DNA of 64,000 bases from a virus: positions 96,001 through 160,000 of the IMG/VR virus record IMGVR_UViG_3300047557_001530; one strand, given 5' to 3'. Every line of letters begins with the position of its first letter. Within the stretch, counting starts at the first letter, position 1. A program made the position numbers and the translations under genes. Positions 35,739-43,472 of this stretch are shown here, one piece after another. A model generated the notes under the pieces. The model worked only from the letters and a program-made list of their open reading frames with translations. It was not told where the DNA came from and ran no database searches.

Positions 35739-38627
35739 ATGGATCCAGTATTATCATCATTGTTTCCTGTTCATCAAATTGGTTCTGACGGATTCAATTG
35801 GTGGATTGGGCAGATAGAATCTAATAAAGATGATGACCCCAAAAAGTCTGGAAGATTTCGTGTGCGTATTGTTGGACAGCATTTAAAAGAATGTGATGCT
35901 GTTCCGACAAATGAATTGCCTTGGGCAAACGTAATGATGCCCGTGACAACACCATTCACAGATGGATTAACTACTGGTGCTTCGATTGGATTAGAACAAG
36001 GTAATTGGGTTGTTGGATTTTATCTAGACAACGATAAACAAAAGCCTATTATCATGGGTTCTGTTGGACATACGAAGGGAGCAACTATCCTTAAAAATGT
36101 TGATCCAAATCCAGGTAGTAAGTGTAAATCTTTTACAACATATATTTCAAACCAAGCTAATCCTAAAACAGATTGGCCTTCAGTAAGTCAAAAAGGAACC
36201 AATGAAGAAGGGGCAAATGTAATTGCAGCGGGAGAACCTGCTGCATCATACGGACATATTCCTGGGCAAGTTCCGCCAGTAATTGCTGCACTGCTTGGAA
36301 AAAGATCTGAAACAAATCCAACTGGTGCAAAGCACAAATATATTATTGCAGATCCTAAGTGTGGCAGTGAAGGTAATTTAAAGAGTGGTATCACTAGGAT
36401 TATTGGAGACCTATTAAAAGCAAACCAGGATGCTGGTGGTAGACTGGGAGACTATCTAGTTAGTAAAGCTAACGGAAAGTTGTATGATTATGTTGGCATT
36501 GCTAGATATCATATCGGTAGAGTAGTTACTCTAGTTAATAGTTTTATTGCTAGAGTTAAAGGTGAAATTGTACGTTTGTTGCGTGAAGGAATTCAAAAAC
36601 TTATTGATGCGTTGATTTTATTTGATGATCCTACGGGAAAAATTATTGGCAATACAGGTCCATTAGCTGATCCAGAAAAAGCTTTCAAACCTATTAGAGA
36701 GAAAGGAAACAGATTAAAGAAGATCAAAGAAATTTTTGATAAAATTTTTGCTGAACTTGGATGTAGTATCGAGGACGCAGCAGATCGAATTGCCCAGTGG
36801 TTATTTGATTTATTGTTTGGATTTTTGACAGATGTTTTCTATCAAGCATCATGTTTTGTGGAGACTCTTATTCAAGGAATTCTAAATCAAATACTTTCTG
36901 TGCTTGAAGGATTAATTAGCACAGTTTTAGGTCCTGTTCAACAACTACTATCTGTTTTAGCTAATCCATTAAACATTATTGGAAGTGCTATAAACAAAGT
37001 TCTATCTCTTCTTGGCATCTCTTGCTCTGGTCCTGGTGCAAAGTGCGAAAAGATTCAGGAAGTATCTGTAACTTGTGAAGAAGATGATACTGATGACAAA
37101 GATTTTCTTGACAAACTAATTGCTGATATCGAGAATGGTCCACTTGATTTTAATCAAGGAGTCTGTGATGAAGCAAAAGGATTGCCGCCAGAAGAACCTA
37201 CTGTGGTTGCTTTTGTTGGTGGAGTCTTCTCCAATCCTCCTACCACTACCACCTCTACGCCTCCTGGAGGCCCCGACACTCCATCTTCATTCTTCCCTGA
37301 GGCATATGATCCAGACGACGTTGTGGAGGCAGCAGAGCCTCCTGGAGATCTCCCAGAGGTAGTTCCTAATGTTCCAGAACAAGAATTTGAACCTCCTCTT
37401 CCAGAAAATATAGAGGATCCTTACTACGAAGTAGAAACAGATAAAAATGTTTATGTTGAAGGAGAAACAATTACTTATACAATTACAACTATTAACGTTC
37501 CTAATGGTACTAATCTGTCGTACACTTTATCTGGACCAACCATAACTGAAACTGATATTGTTGAAGGATTGGAAGGAACTTTTACTATTCAAAACAATAC
37601 TGCGGTAGTTCAAATTAATATTGCTTCTGATAATGTAGTTGAAAATATTCCAGAAATTTTAGTCTTTGAAATTAATAATACTACTGCCAACGCTACTGTT
37701 ATCATTGATTCTAATTATGTTTTAGTTCCTGGAATTAATGACGATGTAACATTAGTTCCAACATACAATGTTGTGTCTGATAAAATTCAATACACAGAAG
37801 GAGAAGACATTTATTATACCATTACTACAGAAAATGTAGATGATAATACTGTTTTATCTTATACATTATTTGGAAATGCTATTACCCCAGATGATGTTGT
37901 TGGGGAAAATTTATCAGGATCTTTTATTATTACAAACAATACTGCTAAAGTTGTAGTTGGATTACAAGAAGATATTGAACTAGAATCTAATGAAATTCTT
38001 ACCTTTGTTATAAATGGTACAGGTGTTTTCACTGACGTTACAATTATTGGTGAAGAAATTACAGAGGAAGAAATAACAGATGAGCCAAAGATTAATAAAC
38101 CTATAGCTGGTACTCCTATTACAGATTCTAATGGTTCTATTATCAGCATACCAATTATTAACAAAGGAGATCCATATCAAAAAGAACCAAAAGTAATTAT
38201 CGGTGGTAAAGGTTATGGTGCTACTGCTATAGCACTATTAGATAATGAAGGATTTGTTTCTGAAATTAGAGTGACACGCACAGGTGTAAATTATAAAACA
38301 AATACCACCGAAGATGCTGGTCTTGTATGTGTAGTTGATTCATATACATTAATTGCACCTGGAGTTGGTTATACATCGCCACCAAAAGTTTATGTTGATG
38401 GTGATGAAACACTAGCAGAAGCATTAATTAATGATGATGGTTATGTATTTGGTGTTAGAGTATTAGATAGAAGTAAAACCTATTCCAAATTGCCAAAAGT
38501 AGAAATTGTTGGTGGTGATGGAGCAGGAGCTAAAGTTATTGCTAATATAACTTGTCTAGATAAAGAAGATCTTGAGCGTAGAGGATACACTAAGATCGGA
38601 ACTGGTAAATATATTGATTGTCCATAA
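35739..38627 (+). CDS. 5: Baseplate central spike gp5, N-terminal OB-fold part with repeat domains
   Basis: WWIGQIE, DPKKSGRFRVRIVG.H, LPWA, VVGFYLD...PIIMG. Confidence 0.85.
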   Translation: MDPVLSSLFPVHQIGSDGFNWWIGQIESNKDDDPKKSGRFRVRIVGQHLKECDAVPTNELPWANVMMPVTTPFTDGLTTGASIGLEQGNWVVGFYLDNDKQKPIIMGSVGHTKGATILKNVDPNPGSKCKSFTTYISNQANPKTDWPSVSQKGTNEEGANVIAAGEPAASYGHIPGQVPPVIAALLGKRSETNPTGAKHKYIIADPKCGSEGNLKSGITRIIGDLLKANQDAGGRLGDYLVSKANGKLYDYVGIARYHIGRVVTLVNSFIARVKGEIVRLLREGIQKLIDALILFDDPTGKIIGNTGPLADPEKAFKPIREKGNRLKKIKEIFDKIFAELGCSIEDAADRIAQWLFDLLFGFLTDVFYQASCFVETLIQGILNQILSVLEGLISTVLGPVQQLLSVLANPLNIIGSAINKVLSLLGISCSGPGAKCEKIQEVSVTCEEDDTDDKDFLDKLIADIENGPLDFNQGVCDEAKGLPPEEPTVVAFVGGVFSNPPTTTTSTPPGGPDTPSSFFPEAYDPDDVVEAAEPPGDLPEVVPNVPEQEFEPPLPENIEDPYYEVETDKNVYVEGETITYTITTINVPNGTNLSYTLSGPTITETDIVEGLEGTFTIQNNTAVVQINIASDNVVENIPEILVFEINNTTANATVIIDSNYVLVPGINDDVTLVPTYNVVSDKIQYTEGEDIYYTITTENVDDNTVLSYTLFGNAITPDDVVGENLSGSFIITNNTAKVVVGLQEDIELESNEILTFVINGTGVFTDVTIIGEEITEEEITDEPKINKPIAGTPITDSNGSIISIPIINKGDPYQKEPKVIIGGKGYGATAIALLDNEGFVSEIRVTRTGVNYKTNTTEDAGLVCVVDSYTLIAPGVGYTSPPKVYVDGDETLAEALINDDGYVFGVRVLDRSKTYSKLPKVEIVGGDGAGAKVIANITCLDKEDLERRGYTKIGTGKYIDCP

Positions 38628-39712
38628 TGGCACCGAGAACTCCCTTACAAAAAACTTCTGCAGTACAACAAAAACTGCAGCAAAAAGGACCAGCAAGACC
38701 TGCTGGTGCTGATGCATTAGAACCAGGACAAATAGCAACAGATGCATGTTATGTCATAGCACAGAAACATGGATGGACTTTAGCAACATATAAAAATGAA
38801 GATGGTTCTTCTGGTGCAGTAATGACTAACGGAGAAGCAGCGATTCATTTTGATGCTAACAACCGTATTATTATTGCTACAGGAGATCCTTCTCAAGGTG
38901 GTTGTGGAGGACAAGTTGTTATCAATGCTTCTGAAAGATTAGAGACAAGTAAAACTCAAACCATTCACATCACTGGCACTCCAAATGAAGAGCGTGTTAA
39001 AGGTAGCGATGGTAAAGAAGAGGTTAAGAAGAGACCTGCATATTCTTTGATGGTTGAAGGAGACATTGCAATTGAAGCTGCTGGAGAAGTAAGCATTGGT
39101 GGTAGTAATGTAACAGTTGTATCTAAAAATGTTTTAACATTAAAAGGAACTGAGATTAATTTAGAAGCAGGTAATGGTGGAGGAAAAGTTAATATTCATG
39201 CTGCAGACATCAGTAAAAATATTGCTTTTGAAAAAAATGTTAACACTGGTGGGTCTCACTCAGAAGTTAAGGGAGAATTTACAGTAAACCAAAAGTCTAA
39301 TCCTGGTGCAGTAACAGCGTTTAACACTTTGGGTTCTTATAATGTATTGATAAGGGGAGATTATAATATTAGTACGTTGGGACAATATCAGGTAAACGCA
39401 CTAGGCAATATTTTAATGTCGTCTACTAAAGGTGGCTTCGCTACTATAGGATCTGGTAAATATTTTTCGTGGGTTGGTGGCATTAAAGATGAAAATATTT
39501 TAGGAAAAAGTATTTCTACTTCTACCACACCACCAATAACAACTTATTCATTAAAACTAGGACCCAACAAAATAGGACTGCAAATTAATTCTACTGGATC
39601 AATTAATATGCAAGCCATTGGATCAGATGCTACAATTACTGCACCTACAGGAATTAATCTTTTTGCTGGTAAGAAATTAACCGCAGTTGCTGCTGCTATT
39701 TTCTTAAATTGA
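38627..39712 (+). CDS. gp5 C-terminal-like beta-helical spike protein
   Basis: Gly/Ile/Asn-rich beta repeats, ends IFLN; follows gp5. Confidence 0.6.
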   Translation: MAPRTPLQKTSAVQQKLQQKGPARPAGADALEPGQIATDACYVIAQKHGWTLATYKNEDGSSGAVMTNGEAAIHFDANNRIIIATGDPSQGGCGGQVVINASERLETSKTQTIHITGTPNEERVKGSDGKEEVKKRPAYSLMVEGDIAIEAAGEVSIGGSNVTVVSKNVLTLKGTEINLEAGNGGGKVNIHAADISKNIAFEKNVNTGGSHSEVKGEFTVNQKSNPGAVTAFNTLGSYNVLIRGDYNISTLGQYQVNALGNILMSSTKGGFATIGSGKYFSWVGGIKDENILGKSISTSTTPPITTYSLKLGPNKIGLQINSTGSINMQAIGSDATITAPTGINLFAGKKLTAVAAAIFLN

Positions 39713-39779
39713 AATTGAAAATTCAATTACATGAAATCGGGAAAAAATTTCCCAGGTAAAAATCATTAAAAAAGTTGAG
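39711..39779. repeat. A-tract-rich dispersed repeat, copy 1
   Basis: 54/69 ungapped identity (hand count) with 42170-42238. Confidence 0.85.
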
Positions 39780-39807
39780 TATAATTATCCTGAACCCTGA
39801 CAGAGCG

Positions 39808-39870
39808 ATCCTACTCAGGTTCTGAGATTTTGTCAAGGGGGTTGACAGACCGACCATGGGGTGCTACCAT
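39808..39870. promoter_or_regulatory. Back-to-back sigma70-type promoters
   Basis: Minus: TTGACA(39836-39831)-17nt-TAGGAT; plus: TTGACA(39842)-17nt-TACCAT. Confidence 0.7.
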
Positions 39871-39896
39871 AAATACATACACGGGTCGAGGAAACC

Positions 39897-40028
39897 ATGA
39901 AAGTTCCAAATTGGCAACACCACAGCAAGAAAGAACAGAAAAGGCACCTCAAGCCCCAGGCAATGAGAGATGCCAGAAAGCGTAGACAAGCGTTGAAGAA
40001 TCGATTGACGGCAACTGGCCGAATATGA
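39897..40028 (+). CDS. Small basic protein (43 aa; not in the ORF track)
   Basis: GAGG RBS; MKVPNWQHHSKKEQKRHLKPQAMR. Confidence 0.7.
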   Translation: MKVPNWQHHSKKEQKRHLKPQAMRDARKRRQALKNRLTATGRI

Positions 40029-40056
40029 AGCGTTTATAGTCTCTTAATCGCTTCAT

Positions 40057-40128
40057 GGGGGTATAGCTTAATGGTTAGAGCGGCCTGCTTATAACGGGTT
40101 AGTCTGGGTTCAACTCCCAGTATCCCTA
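40057..40128 (+). tRNA. tRNA-Ile(UAU)
   Basis: GGGGGTA/TATCCCT, A73; loop CT-TAT-AA. Confidence 0.9.
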
Positions 40129-40144
40129 TTGTTTGATAATTTTT

Positions 40145-40642
40145 ATGAATTTACAAATTATAGACAACTTGTTAGAACCAGAAGAGTTCAGACAGATCAA
40201 ACATCTTTTCAGTTGCAATTATTTTCCTTGGCATCGCAGTAAAGTGCTGGATGAACACGAATTAAATTGTGATATCTTAAACAATCTTCAGTTTGTTCAT
40301 GTGTTTTATCAAAACCATAGACCAATAGGAGAATACACAGAGATTCTTCGTTTCTTTTTAAATAAGATTAAGGTAAGGTCATTAGTTAAAGTTAAAGCAA
40401 ACTTGAATCCAAGAACAGAAAAAATTATTGAACATGGATTTCACACTGATTTTGATAATGATGATTCTAAAACAGCAGTATATTATGTGAACACAAATAA
40501 TGGATATACTTTATTTGAAGATGGCACAAAAGTAGAAAGCGTTGAAAATCGATTAGTAATTTTTGACGTAAATACTCCACACACAGGAACAAGTTGCACC
40601 GATTCGGAGTGTAGAATAGTTATTAACTTTAATTATTTTTGA
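40145..40642 (+). CDS. 2OG-Fe(II) oxygenase-like protein
   Basis: FHTD (HxD), distal HTG, RIVINFNY. Confidence 0.8.
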   Translation: MNLQIIDNLLEPEEFRQIKHLFSCNYFPWHRSKVLDEHELNCDILNNLQFVHVFYQNHRPIGEYTEILRFFLNKIKVRSLVKVKANLNPRTEKIIEHGFHTDFDNDDSKTAVYYVNTNNGYTLFEDGTKVESVENRLVIFDVNTPHTGTSCTDSECRIVINFNYF

Positions 40643-40643
40643 T

Positions 40644-40716
40644 GCTGGTTTAGCTCTCTGGCGAAAGCACTGCCCTCATAAGGCAAGACAGGTCGGTTCG
40701 ATCCCGACAACCAGCA
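40644..40716 (+). tRNA. tRNA with CAU anticodon (elongator Met or Ile2)
   Basis: GCTGGTT/AACCAGC; loop CT-CAT-AA. Confidence 0.85.
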
Positions 40717-40759
40717 CTTGACAATCTCAGCAAGACCTGCTATGATTGTCTCATACCAC

Positions 40760-40843
40760 GGGGATGTGGTGGAAGTGGTAGACACACCAGACTTAAAATC
40801 TGTTGGGCGTAAGCCCGTGGGGGTTCAAGTCCCCCCGTCCCTA
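40760..40843 (+). tRNA. tRNA-Leu(UAA), intron-less
   Basis: Long variable arm; loop CT-TAA-AA; promoter TTGACA-17nt-TATGAT at 40718-40746. Confidence 0.93.
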
Positions 40844-40876
40844 TTTCTCACTAAATATTTTGTAGTGGGAAATGTA

Positions 40877-41143
40877 ATGAAATACACATTATCTCAAGCA
40901 TATTGTTTTTATATGGGTGAGGTTGTGCGTATGTATTTCATACAAGGTCTTCCATATACTTTTGATGAATTACCTCAATTAATACAAGATCATCCTTCAG
41001 TTCAAACTGAAGCACTCGGTCATCGTGATTACGATGATGAAGATCTTTATAAAGTATCAAATTATTTAATTATGGAAGAAATGCATCCACTTATGTTTGA
41101 ATTGCCGATAGAAAATCCAGATTTATTACCTAAAGATGATTAA
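40877..41143 (+). CDS. Conserved cyanophage hypothetical protein
   Basis: MKYTLSQAYCF...MYFIQGLPYTFDEL...EEMHPL. Confidence 0.75.
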   Translation: MKYTLSQAYCFYMGEVVRMYFIQGLPYTFDELPQLIQDHPSVQTEALGHRDYDDEDLYKVSNYLIMEEMHPLMFELPIENPDLLPKDD

Positions 41144-41660
41144 CGAATTTTTTAGATTAATTGAGGGAAGATTTGAAAATAAAATTCAAGCAATGTCTCA
41201 TCCTTCAAAGTATGCTATGATTCGTGTCACCCATGTTAATTTGGGTGGCGGATTAATATATGGTGAACAAGCATACAATTATCAATTACATAAACCATAT
41301 CGTCAATTTGTTCTTGAACCTAAACAAGAAGATAATCAAATTAGAATTTATAATTACGAAATTATTGATAAAGAAAATTATACTGGATTTCAAAGGCTTG
41401 ACGAAATTGACCGTGATGTGCTAAAATTGAAACCTGGCTGTGATGTCGTGGTCAGTCAACAAGGGGAGTCTTTTGTGGGGGGTATACAAGGATGCGATTG
41501 TATGGTAGACTGGATGGGTCGTCAAACCTACCTCCAAAACGAAATTGAGTTGACACCAACTCACTATTACGTTATGGACCGAGGATTCTGTGCTGAACAC
41601 AAACATCAGCTTTGGGGTTCTAAATATGGTAGGTTTGAATTTGTTAGAATGCCTCTTTAG
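41136..41660 (+). CDS. cpeT: CpeT/CpcT-type phycobilin lyase
   Basis: N..QA..HP, EQAYNY...PYRQ, GCD, DRGF....WGS. Confidence 0.88.
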   Translation: MINEFFRLIEGRFENKIQAMSHPSKYAMIRVTHVNLGGGLIYGEQAYNYQLHKPYRQFVLEPKQEDNQIRIYNYEIIDKENYTGFQRLDEIDRDVLKLKPGCDVVVSQQGESFVGGIQGCDCMVDWMGRQTYLQNEIELTPTHYYVMDRGFCAEHKHQLWGSKYGRFEFVRMPL

Positions 41661-41767
41661 CTCAGTGGTAGAGCACCCGCCTTGGGTCTTGAAAGTTCTT
41701 TAAATAGGGAGCATTACCCTATAAGATCATAAGCGGGCGGTCATCAGTTCAAATCTGATAGGGGGCT
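41651..41767 (+). tRNA. tRNA-Thr(UGU) interrupted by a 45-nt insertion (41685-41729) between anticodon nt 35 and 36
   Basis: Acceptor GCCTCTT/AGGGGGC, U73; stem CCCGC/GCGGG; removing 41685-41729 gives loop CT-TGT-AA. Confidence 0.9.
41685..41729 (+). other. Miniature structured tRNA intron-like element, copy 2
   Basis: P1 GGTCTT/AAGATC, linker ..TTTAA, P3 ATAGGG-AGCATTA-CCCTAT, terminal A. Confidence 0.85.
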
Positions 41768-41875
41768 TTGGTAGTCGTTAGGCAGATAGCCTAGAAAGAC
41801 GCCAACTTCTACTCTGGGTATCTTCCAGAGCGTCGTATGGGGAAGGGTTGGAAACGTCCGAATCTTCCCCCACAT

Positions 41876-41950
41876 TGCGGGAAAGTGTAGTGGTTGCACA
41901 GGGGTCTCATAAGCCCCAGGTTGCTGGTTCGACTCCAGCTCCCGCTCCCA
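41876..41950 (+). tRNA. Initiator-like tRNA-Met(CAU)
   Basis: 1:72 mismatch (T/T), GCGGG acceptor, loop CT-CAT-AA, encoded CCA. Confidence 0.8.
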
Positions 41951-42023
41951 ACTCCTGTTAGTCTATTGGTAAGGACGGGTGGACAACACACATGGAAACT
42001 GGGTTCAATTCCCAGCCAGGAGT
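41951..42023 (+). pseudogene. tRNA-like element with non-canonical anticodon arm
   Basis: ACTCCTG/CAGGAGT acceptor, D-arm and perfect T-arm; anticodon region GTG-GACAACA-CAC lacks U33. Confidence 0.7.
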
Positions 42024-42068
42024 AACACCCCTCAAGCCTCTCAACGATGCTCAAACAGAGGGGTCACT

Positions 42069-42151
42069 GCCCAAGTGGTGGAACGGTAGACACAGCGGAC
42101 TTAGAATCCGCCGCCTTAAAAAGCGTGGAAGTTCAAATCTTCTCTTGGGCA
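42069..42151 (+). tRNA. tRNA-Leu(UAG)
   Basis: GCCCAAG/CTTGGGC; loop CT-TAG-AA; long variable arm. Confidence 0.93.
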
Positions 42152-42169
42152 CTTCGGATTCTGTAATCC

Positions 42170-42238
42170 GAAATTGAAAAACTAAATCCATGAAATGGGG
42201 AAAAAATTCTCCGCTAAAAAATCGTCAAAAAAGTCGAG
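42170..42238. repeat. A-tract-rich dispersed repeat, copy 2
   Basis: Homologous to 39711-39779. Confidence 0.85.
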
Positions 42239-42246
42239 GGTAAAAA

Positions 42247-42390
42247 ATGAGCTTACTTTCTAAAAAAGACCACGAAATGGTTATTGAAGCACTAGAAACC
42301 CTAATCCAGAAAAAGGAGGAATCTGACGATAAATTTCAATATATGAATTTACTCAATTGGGTAAAACTTAAATCTAAAGAAGTATTTTGA
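42247..42390 (+). CDS. Hypothetical protein (47 aa)
   Basis: GAGG RBS; MSLLSKKDHEMVIEALE...LLNWVKL. Confidence 0.6.
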   Translation: MSLLSKKDHEMVIEALETLIQKKEESDDKFQYMNLLNWVKLKSKEVF

Positions 42391-42391
42391 C

Positions 42392-42556
42392 ATGAAAATT
42401 AATTTGTGGCATTGCTCTGAAATGAAACAATGGAGGTGGACATTAACAGATGACCATCGACCTGTCGTAAAACAAGAATCTGGTCAACAGCCAGATTTAC
42501 GTGACGCCATGAATGATGTTGCTAATACTGTTGAATATCTTTTGAGTCAACAGTAA
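42392..42556 (+). CDS. Hypothetical protein (54 aa)
   Basis: MKINLWHCSEMKQWRWTL...QESG...LRDAMNDVANTVEY. Confidence 0.65.
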   Translation: MKINLWHCSEMKQWRWTLTDDHRPVVKQESGQQPDLRDAMNDVANTVEYLLSQQ

Positions 42557-42562
42557 TTTTAT

Positions 42563-42635
42563 TGGGGTGTAGCTCAGCGGTAGTAGCGGGATGCTGTTAA
42601 CATCTAGGTCGCAGGTTCGATCCCTGCCGCCCCAG
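42563..42635 (+). tRNA. tRNA-Asn(GUU)
   Basis: TGGGGTG/CGCCCCA, G73; loop CT-GTT-AA. Confidence 0.93.
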
Positions 42636-42820
42636 TTGCCAAAAAAAAGCAAAAAACTCTTATAAATAAACACATTAAAGGTCGAACATCATGTCTAACT
42701 TCAGCAAGCAATTTTATATTTTTATTGAGAGCGATTATCGTGAAGATATCGCTAAAATGCCCCTGCTTGCTCATAAGTGTAAACGATGATTTAACACTCG
42801 ATACATAAGCAAGATTTATA

Positions 42821-42859
42821 AGAGGGGCAGTTGACAAAACCGCCCCTCTTTTTTATTAT
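42821..42859 (+). terminator. Intrinsic terminator overlapping a sigma70 promoter for the tRNA array
   Basis: AGAGGGGC...GCCCCTCT plus T run; TTGACA(42831)-17nt-TATTAT. Confidence 0.75.
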
Positions 42860-42905
42860 GGTTACATCGGTGGGAGACCACCAGCACCTCGACAATTTAA
42901 CCTTT

Positions 42906-42978
42906 GGGTCTGTAACTCAGATGGTAGAGTAGCGGGCTTTTAACCTGTAAGTCGTCGGTTCGATCCCGACCAGACCCA
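42906..42978 (+). tRNA. tRNA-Lys(UUU)
   Basis: GGGTCTG/CAGACCC; loop CT-TTT-AA. Confidence 0.95.
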
Positions 42979-43016
42979 TCGACCGCCCCAGTTCGGTCAT
43001 TAAACATAAACTGTTT

Positions 43017-43107
43017 GGGAGAGTGGCTACTGTTGGCAATATGTGTGGCTGCGGTCTGTAAAACCGTTACATCGGAACCATCGGGGGTTCAATTCCCTCC
43101 TCTCCCA
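43017..43107 (+). tRNA. tRNA-Tyr(GUA) with enlarged D-arm
   Basis: GGGAGAG/CTCTCCC; loop CT-GTA-AA; long variable region. Confidence 0.85.
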
Positions 43108-43111
43108 CCTT

Positions 43112-43183
43112 GACCTTATAGTGAAGCGGTTATCACGCCACCCTGTCACGGTGGTATCACGGGTTCAAATCCCGTTAGGGTCG
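43112..43183 (+). tRNA. tRNA-Asp(GUC)
   Basis: GACCTTA/TAGGGTC, G73; loop CT-GTC-AC. Confidence 0.93.
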
Positions 43184-43186
43184 TAT

Positions 43187-43259
43187 GGTCCCATCGTCTA
43201 ATTGGTTAGGACGACGCCCTTTCAAGGCGTAAATGCGGGTTCAAACCCCGCTGGGACTA
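43187..43259 (+). tRNA. tRNA-Glu(UUC)
   Basis: GGTCCCA/TGGGACT; loop CT-TTC-AA. Confidence 0.93.
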
Positions 43260-43262
43260 CCT

Positions 43263-43335
43263 CGGGGAATAGCTCAGTTGGTAGAGCACTTGTCTGAAGA
43301 ACATGGTGTCGGTAGTTCAATTCTACCTTCCTCGG
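43263..43335 (+). tRNA. tRNA-Phe(GAA), atypical body
   Basis: CGGGGAA/TTCCTCG; loop CT-GAA-GA; one mismatch in the anticodon stem. Confidence 0.8.
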
Positions 43336-43337
43336 CT

Positions 43338-43468
43338 TGGGTTGCTGCCCGATATGAGAAACACTCCTGTATTTCTAGGATACGGTAGGGTGAAAACTCG
43401 GAATTACCTCTGCCCCGTCTCTTGGGGATGCGAATTGAGGAAAGGTAAAGGGAAGAGACAGCAACCCA
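43338..43468 (+). ncRNA. Unidentified structured RNA between tRNA-Phe and tRNA-Ile
   Basis: 10-bp closing stem TGGGTTGCTG/CAGCAACCCA, several internal helices, potential pseudoknot. Confidence 0.7.
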
Positions 43469-43472
43469 TATT

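Noticed and set aside
40760-40843. Group I intron in tRNA-Leu(UAA), or introns/inteins/homing endonucleases in nrdB, psbA, thyX
   Set aside because: All are continuous and of normal length
40718-40876. N-terminal extension of the 40877 ORF, and ORFs 5164-5496, 41809-42054, 41992-42177, 42604-42837
   Set aside because: They overlap tRNA genes or promoters; spurious
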